Virus record (IMG/VR): IMGVR_UViG_3300023184_003926
Location: 2,848 to 66,847 of that record
Reading direction: 5' to 3' (one strand)
Source of the DNA: a virus
DNA: 64,000 nt
In this document: in pieces, positions 59,237 to 64,000 of the stretch
Layout: each line of letters opens with the position of its first letter
How positions within the stretch are numbered: position 1 is the first letter of the stretch
Program-made: the position numbers and the translations under genes
The notes under the pieces: model-generated
Seen by the model: only the letters and a program-made list of their open reading frames with translations
Told to the model about the DNA's origin: nothing
Database searches by the model: none

Positions 59237-61027
59237 ATGGCAGAACCCAAAAATCCCGGCTGGAAAAAGTATTTTAAAATAGCAGACACCTCTGGGGTCA
59301 TGAGCCCCATCTCAGGGAGGAACCAATATGGCCTTCCTGGTTATGCAAAAAATGATGGTAACGATGGCGGCATGCCTGCAGACTTTGTGTTCCGTAATTA
59401 TGCGTCAAGACTGCCAGAAGTTTACTCTGGTCACCCCAACCGTGTTGAACGTTACAACCAGTACGAGAACATGGACATGGACTCGGAGATCAATGCATGC
59501 TTGGACATCATTGCTGAGTTCTCTACACAGATGAACGAGCAAAACGGCACGCCGTTTGAAGTTGATTATCGTGACAAGCCTACAGACAACGAAGTTTCAA
59601 TCATCAAGAAACAACTGCAACAGTGGATCAAGCTGAACAAACTGGATCAGCGCATATTTAAACTGTTCCGTAATACCATCAAGTACGGTGATCAAGTGTT
59701 TGTGCGTGATCCAGAAACATTTGAAATGATGTGGGTGGACATGAGCAAATTGGCCCGTGTGATTGTGAACGAATCAGAAGGCAAACGTCCTGAGCAGTAT
59801 GTGATTCGTGATATCAACCCCAACTTTCAAAACATGACTGTGGCAGCCAAGACCACCACAGACTACATGACCAATCCTGTGACAGGGTCAATATCAGGCA
59901 ACGCCAACTACACCATGCCCAACGGTGGCACCGGAGGCGGCACAGGCAACAGTCGTTTCATGACTGCTATGAACGAAGTTTGCCTGGATGCCAAGCACGT
60001 GGTACACATCAGTTTAAACGAAGGCCTGGATGTGTTTTGGCCATTTGGACGTAGCATATTAGAACAAATTTACAAAGTATTCAAGCAGAAAGAACTGTTG
60101 GAAGACGCTATCCTGATCTATCGTGTGAGCCGTGCTCCAGAACGTAGAATGTTCAAGATTGACGTGGGCAACATGCCATCACACTTGGCCATGGCCTTTG
60201 TGGAACGTGTGAAGAATGAAATGCATCAGCGACGAATTCCTACCATGACTGGTGGCGGCAACAACATGATGGATGCCAGTTACAACCCACTCAGCATCAA
60301 TGAAGATTACTTCTTTCCCCAAGGACAAGACGGCCGTGGATCCAGTATTGAAGTATTGCCCGGTGGACAAAATCTAGGCGAAATTGATGACTTGAAATAT
60401 TTCAACAACAAAATGGCTCGTGGTTTACGTGTACCAAGTAGCTATTTGCCCACTGGTCCTGACGACTCAGACCGTGCCATGAGTGACGGCAAAGTGGGTA
60501 CAGCCTTGATACAAGAATACAGATTCAACCAGTATTGCGAACGACTGCAAGCACTGATTGTGCAAAAATTAGACGACGAATTTAAAATGTTCATGAAATG
60601 GCGTGGGTTTAACATAGACTCTAGCCTGTTTAATTTGAAGTTTAATGCACCTCAAAACTTTGCCAGCTATCGTCAAAGTGAGCTGGATACCACACGTATC
60701 AGTGCATTTACACAGCTGGAACCACTGCCTTACATGAGCAAACGTTTCCTGTTGCAACGCTTCTTGGGCTTGACTGAAGAAGAAATTGCAGAAAATGAAG
60801 AAATGTGGCGTGAAGAACGTGATGAGCCCGAACTGGAAACCAATGCAGGACAAGACATGCGTAGCATTGGTATCACTCCTGGTGGCTTGGAAGCTGATGT
60901 TCAAGCTGGTGAAGAAGTTGCTGGCATGGAACCTGGGGGCGCAGGCGCACCTCCTGTGGGTCCGGGCGCAGGACCTGCTGCTCCTGGCGGTGCAATGCCA
61001 GCCGGTGGCGCAGCTCCTCCAGCATAA
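59237..61027 (+). CDS. gp20: Portal protein, T4 gp20-like
   Basis: LLEDAILIYRVSRAPERRMFKIDVGNMP, EDYFFP...GRGSSIEVLPGGQNLGEIDDLKYF and LRVPSS motifs. Confidence 0.95.
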   Translation: MAEPKNPGWKKYFKIADTSGVMSPISGRNQYGLPGYAKNDGNDGGMPADFVFRNYASRLPEVYSGHPNRVERYNQYENMDMDSEINACLDIIAEFSTQMNEQNGTPFEVDYRDKPTDNEVSIIKKQLQQWIKLNKLDQRIFKLFRNTIKYGDQVFVRDPETFEMMWVDMSKLARVIVNESEGKRPEQYVIRDINPNFQNMTVAAKTTTDYMTNPVTGSISGNANYTMPNGGTGGGTGNSRFMTAMNEVCLDAKHVVHISLNEGLDVFWPFGRSILEQIYKVFKQKELLEDAILIYRVSRAPERRMFKIDVGNMPSHLAMAFVERVKNEMHQRRIPTMTGGGNNMMDASYNPLSINEDYFFPQGQDGRGSSIEVLPGGQNLGEIDDLKYFNNKMARGLRVPSSYLPTGPDDSDRAMSDGKVGTALIQEYRFNQYCERLQALIVQKLDDEFKMFMKWRGFNIDSSLFNLKFNAPQNFASYRQSELDTTRISAFTQLEPLPYMSKRFLLQRFLGLTEEEIAENEEMWREERDEPELETNAGQDMRSIGITPGGLEADVQAGEEVAGMEPGGAGAPPVGPGAGPAAPGGAMPAGGAAPPA

Positions 61028-61030
61028 ATA
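61023..61030 (+). promoter_or_regulatory. Late promoter-like box CATAAATA
   Basis: TAAATA core 5 nt before ATG 61036. Confidence 0.55.
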
Positions 61031-61035
61031 ACAAC

Positions 61036-61254
61036 ATGCTCTTAAACGAATTCTTTCACAAAGATCCTGAAGCCTATCAGGACTTGTCGCAGGACAACAG
61101 CCAAACACAAAAAGGTGATTTGCGCAAGAGTCGTCTCACACTGCGTCAGCTCAACAAGCTGAGAAAAATGAATGATGTGAGAAAATACGAGTTCAAGGAA
61201 AAACTCAAACTGGTGCGTAAACAATATGCACCTCCGCCTGCCCCGGCTGTGTAA
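61036..61254 (+). CDS. Small basic head-module protein
   Basis: 72-aa ORF between the portal and core genes; RKSRLTLRQLNKLRKM motif. Confidence 0.7.
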   Translation: MLLNEFFHKDPEAYQDLSQDNSQTQKGDLRKSRLTLRQLNKLRKMNDVRKYEFKEKLKLVRKQYAPPPAPAV

Positions 61255-61311
61255 TAAATTTTACATTTATACGCCTTTTCACCCCTTAAACCATGTGTTT
61301 TTCTCCTTGTG

Positions 61312-61319
61312 TGTAAATA
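61312..61319 (+). promoter_or_regulatory. Late promoter-like box TGTAAATA
   Basis: Upstream of a TAGGAG ribosome-binding site and ATG 61351. Confidence 0.5.
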
Positions 61320-61350
61320 ACAGCACACTTTACCTATAGGAGTTTCCCAT

Positions 61351-62166
61351 ATGAACCGTTTTGAACAATTGATTGAATATGTAATCAATGACGAAGAGGC
61401 GAAAGCCCGCGAATTATTCCACGACATTGTTGTGGAAAAAAGCCGTCAAATCTATGAAAATATCATGGCCGAAGAAGCTGAAGAAGAGCTAGACGAAGCC
61501 ATGGGCGGTGACGCCAGTGACGATCTAATCGACGACGTGGAAATGGAAGAGGAATCTGACATGAACATGGAAGCCGAAGGCGATGAAGAAGGCATGGGCG
61601 GAGATGATTTTGGAGATGATCATGCAGAACCAGACATGGACAACATGGGCGGTTCAAGCGATATGGACATGGACAATGAGCCAGCCACCAAAGACGACAT
61701 TATGAATTTAGAAGACAAACTGGACCAGTTGATGGCCGAGTTTGAAGACCTCATGGGCGGCGACGACCTGGGTGATGGCGACGGATTTGGTCCTGAAGAA
61801 GGCGGAGACGCTATTGAAATGGACGACACCGACGAAATGGAACCAGGCATGATGGAAGCTGTTAATTTAAAAGCAGCCCCAAAGCCAGTTACCAGTGAAG
61901 AAGGCGGCGTAAACAAAAAGTCTACCTACGCAGCCAACAGCGGACAAGCTGGCATGGCTAGCCGTCCAGTTCATACTGGTGCCGGAGAAGGTGGACATCA
62001 TGACACATCTGCTTACAGCAACAACACAAAAGAATTGATCGGCAAAGTTGGTAACACACCTGCACAAGGAACACAAAATCTTTCAGCAGCACCAAAGCCT
62101 AAAATGGGCGTCGGCAGCGAAGGTCAAAACAACAAGAGCCCACTTCCTACAGGACGTCGGGGTTAA
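61351..62166 (+). CDS. Highly acidic prohead core/scaffold-like protein
   Basis: Rich in Asp, Glu and Met; positioned between portal and protease like the T4 core genes. Confidence 0.6.
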   Translation: MNRFEQLIEYVINDEEAKARELFHDIVVEKSRQIYENIMAEEAEEELDEAMGGDASDDLIDDVEMEEESDMNMEAEGDEEGMGGDDFGDDHAEPDMDNMGGSSDMDMDNEPATKDDIMNLEDKLDQLMAEFEDLMGGDDLGDGDGFGPEEGGDAIEMDDTDEMEPGMMEAVNLKAAPKPVTSEEGGVNKKSTYAANSGQAGMASRPVHTGAGEGGHHDTSAYSNNTKELIGKVGNTPAQGTQNLSAAPKPKMGVGSEGQNNKSPLPTGRRG

Positions 62167-62170
62167 TTAG

Positions 62171-62809
62171 ATGTCATCTAGATACTTAAGAGAAGATTTA
62201 ACTTTTAGCCAGGCCAACATTCGAGTCTTAGAAGAGTCGGATATGTCTGGCAAAAAGCATCTCTACCTTGAAGGCATTTGCATTGAAGGCGACAAGCGCA
62301 ATGCAAATGAACGTATCTATCCTAAACATGAAATTATCAAGGCAGTTGAAACCATTAACGAACAGATACTGAAAGGTAACTCCGTGCTAGGTGAAGTGGA
62401 CCATCCAGATGACTTAAAAATCAATCTGGATCGAGTTTGCCACACAGTGGAAAAAATGTGGATGGACCAGCACGCCGGTTGCGGCAAGTTGAAAATCCTG
62501 CCAACTCCCATGGGAGAATTGATTAAAACGCTGATCACGTCAGGTGTAAAACTTGGCGTCAGCAGTCGTGGTAGCGGTAACGTAGACGACAGAACAGGAC
62601 ATGTAAGTGACTTTGAAATTGTCACTATAGATGTGGTTGCACAACCCAGCGCACCCAATGCTTATCCAAAAGCAATTTATGAAAGTCTCATGAATATGAA
62701 GCACGGTCATAAACTAATGGAAATGGCACGGGAATCTGGCGAAAGCGACAAAGTACAGAGATACCTAAAGAATGAAGTTAAAAGACTCATTCAGGATCTC
62801 AAAATCTAA
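62171..62809 (+). CDS. gp21: Prohead protease, T4 gp21-like
   Basis: NANERIYP, GEVDHP, TPMG, LGVSSRGSG and DVVAQPSAPNAY motifs. Confidence 0.95.
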   Translation: MSSRYLREDLTFSQANIRVLEESDMSGKKHLYLEGICIEGDKRNANERIYPKHEIIKAVETINEQILKGNSVLGEVDHPDDLKINLDRVCHTVEKMWMDQHAGCGKLKILPTPMGELIKTLITSGVKLGVSSRGSGNVDDRTGHVSDFEIVTIDVVAQPSAPNAYPKAIYESLMNMKHGHKLMEMARESGESDKVQRYLKNEVKRLIQDLKI

Positions 62810-62821
62810 GGAGAACCAGGC

Positions 62822-63910
62822 ATGTTTGATGCAATTAAACCCTTGCTTGATAGTGGCCTAATTAACGAAGACGTTAGTCAAGAACTCAACGAAGCTTGGG
62901 AATCTAAACTAAACGAAGCCCGTGAACAGGTACGTAGTGAACTCAGAGAAGAGTTTGCACAACGCTATGAGCATGACAAGACAGTAATGGTAGAAGCCCT
63001 AGACAAGATGGTAACAGAAGGTTTGGCCGCAGAAATTGCGCAAGTGGCTGCTGAGAAGCAAGCACTTACGGAAGATCGCGTTCGTTTCCAACACAAGATG
63101 AAAGAATCAGCACAGAAGTTTAACGGCTTCATGGTTTCTAAACTTGCAGAAGAAATTGGCGAATTACGCCGAGACCGCAAAATGCACACTGAAGGAGTTG
63201 CAAAACTTGAAAACTTCGTGGTGCAAGCATTGGCACGTGAAATCACAGAATTCGCCAAAGACAAACGCGATGTCGTAGAGACAAAGGTACGTCTGGTACG
63301 TGAAGCACGTGGCAAACTTGAACAGTTGAAGAGCCGTTTCGTAAAAGAATCTGCTCAGAAAATGAGTCAAGCTGTTAGCCGTCATCTCAAGGCTGAGTTG
63401 AATCAGTTACAAGAAGATATCAAAGTTGCTCGTGAGAACAATTTTGGTCGTAGAATTTTTGAAGCGTATGCATCAGAGTTCGGGGCCACTCATTTGAATG
63501 AGAAGGCAGAAGTCCGTAAACTACACGATGTCATCGCAGAGAAAGATCAGAAATTGCGTAAAGCAATTGACATTACCCGTACTGCAAAGGCCGTGGTAGA
63601 GTCAAAAGAACGTGAACTGCGTATGATTAAAGAATCCAATGAGCGTGAAAGCACAATGGATGAATTGCTACGTCCCTTAAACCAGGAAAAGCAAGAAGTC
63701 ATGCGTAATTTACTCGAAAGCGTTCAAACACCCCGTTTGAAAAATGCTTTTGAAAAGTATCTACCAGCAGTGTTGGAAGATAGATCTGTGAAAGCCCGTA
63801 AAGTAATTGCAGAATCTATTACCTCAGTAACTGGTGATAAAAATACTGTTCCCAGTGTGTCGGAAGATCGCAGCAACGTGATTGACCTCAAGCGCCTGGC
63901 AGGTCTTTAA
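62822..63910 (+). CDS. gp22: Prohead scaffolding protein, T4 gp22-like
   Basis: Long Glu/Lys coiled coil between the protease and capsid genes. Confidence 0.8.
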   Translation: MFDAIKPLLDSGLINEDVSQELNEAWESKLNEAREQVRSELREEFAQRYEHDKTVMVEALDKMVTEGLAAEIAQVAAEKQALTEDRVRFQHKMKESAQKFNGFMVSKLAEEIGELRRDRKMHTEGVAKLENFVVQALAREITEFAKDKRDVVETKVRLVREARGKLEQLKSRFVKESAQKMSQAVSRHLKAELNQLQEDIKVARENNFGRRIFEAYASEFGATHLNEKAEVRKLHDVIAEKDQKLRKAIDITRTAKAVVESKERELRMIKESNERESTMDELLRPLNQEKQEVMRNLLESVQTPRLKNAFEKYLPAVLEDRSVKARKVIAESITSVTGDKNTVPSVSEDRSNVIDLKRLAGL

Positions 63911-63929
63911 TCTTAACAAGGAGACTTAA

Positions 63930-64000
63930 ATGTCACAAGAACTATTAGAAAGTCGTTGGGGCGAAACCAAAGAGGCACTGTTAGAAGGTCTTAATGGAAC
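63930..64000 (+). CDS. gp23: Major capsid protein, gp23-like (5' end only)
   Basis: AGGAG ribosome-binding site, then MSQELLESRWGETKEALLEGL; follows the scaffold gene. Confidence 0.75.
   Translation, partial: MSQELLESRWGETKEALLEGLNG

Noticed and set aside
1-64000. Stop-codon reassignment, as seen in some large phages
   Set aside because: Genes are full length in the standard code. TAG (4992, 42430), TGA and TAA all act as stops, with coupled downstream starts.

Overview
The window is a gene-dense fragment of a large T4-like (jumbo) myovirus genome read in the standard genetic code; TAA, TAG and TGA all end real genes. From 1 to 9.5 kb (minus) lies a translationally coupled modification operon: five SPASM/twitch-type radical SAM genes (one cut by the window edge) and four glycosyltransferase-like genes. 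From 9.5 to 41.4 kb (minus) is the tail/baseplate operon: tail fibre, a 5190-aa virion protein, and gp6-, gp25-, gp5- and gp53-like genes. From 41.5 to 50.9 kb (plus) are a gp55-like late sigma factor and gp47/gp46 nuclease, interleaved with a methyltransferase, two more radical SAM enzymes, an SDR and a GIY-YIG nuclease. A ~450-nt highly structured non-coding segment follows. Next come a minus-strand trio including an aminoacyl-tRNA-protein-transferase-like gene, and a gp26-like chaperone with a candidate -1 frameshift extension. Two paralogous tape-measure-like genes carry different peptidoglycan hydrolases. The head module closes the window (portal, protease, scaffold, start of major capsid protein). 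I saw no tRNA, CRISPR array or IS element. All calls come from motif recognition by eye; no searches were run.
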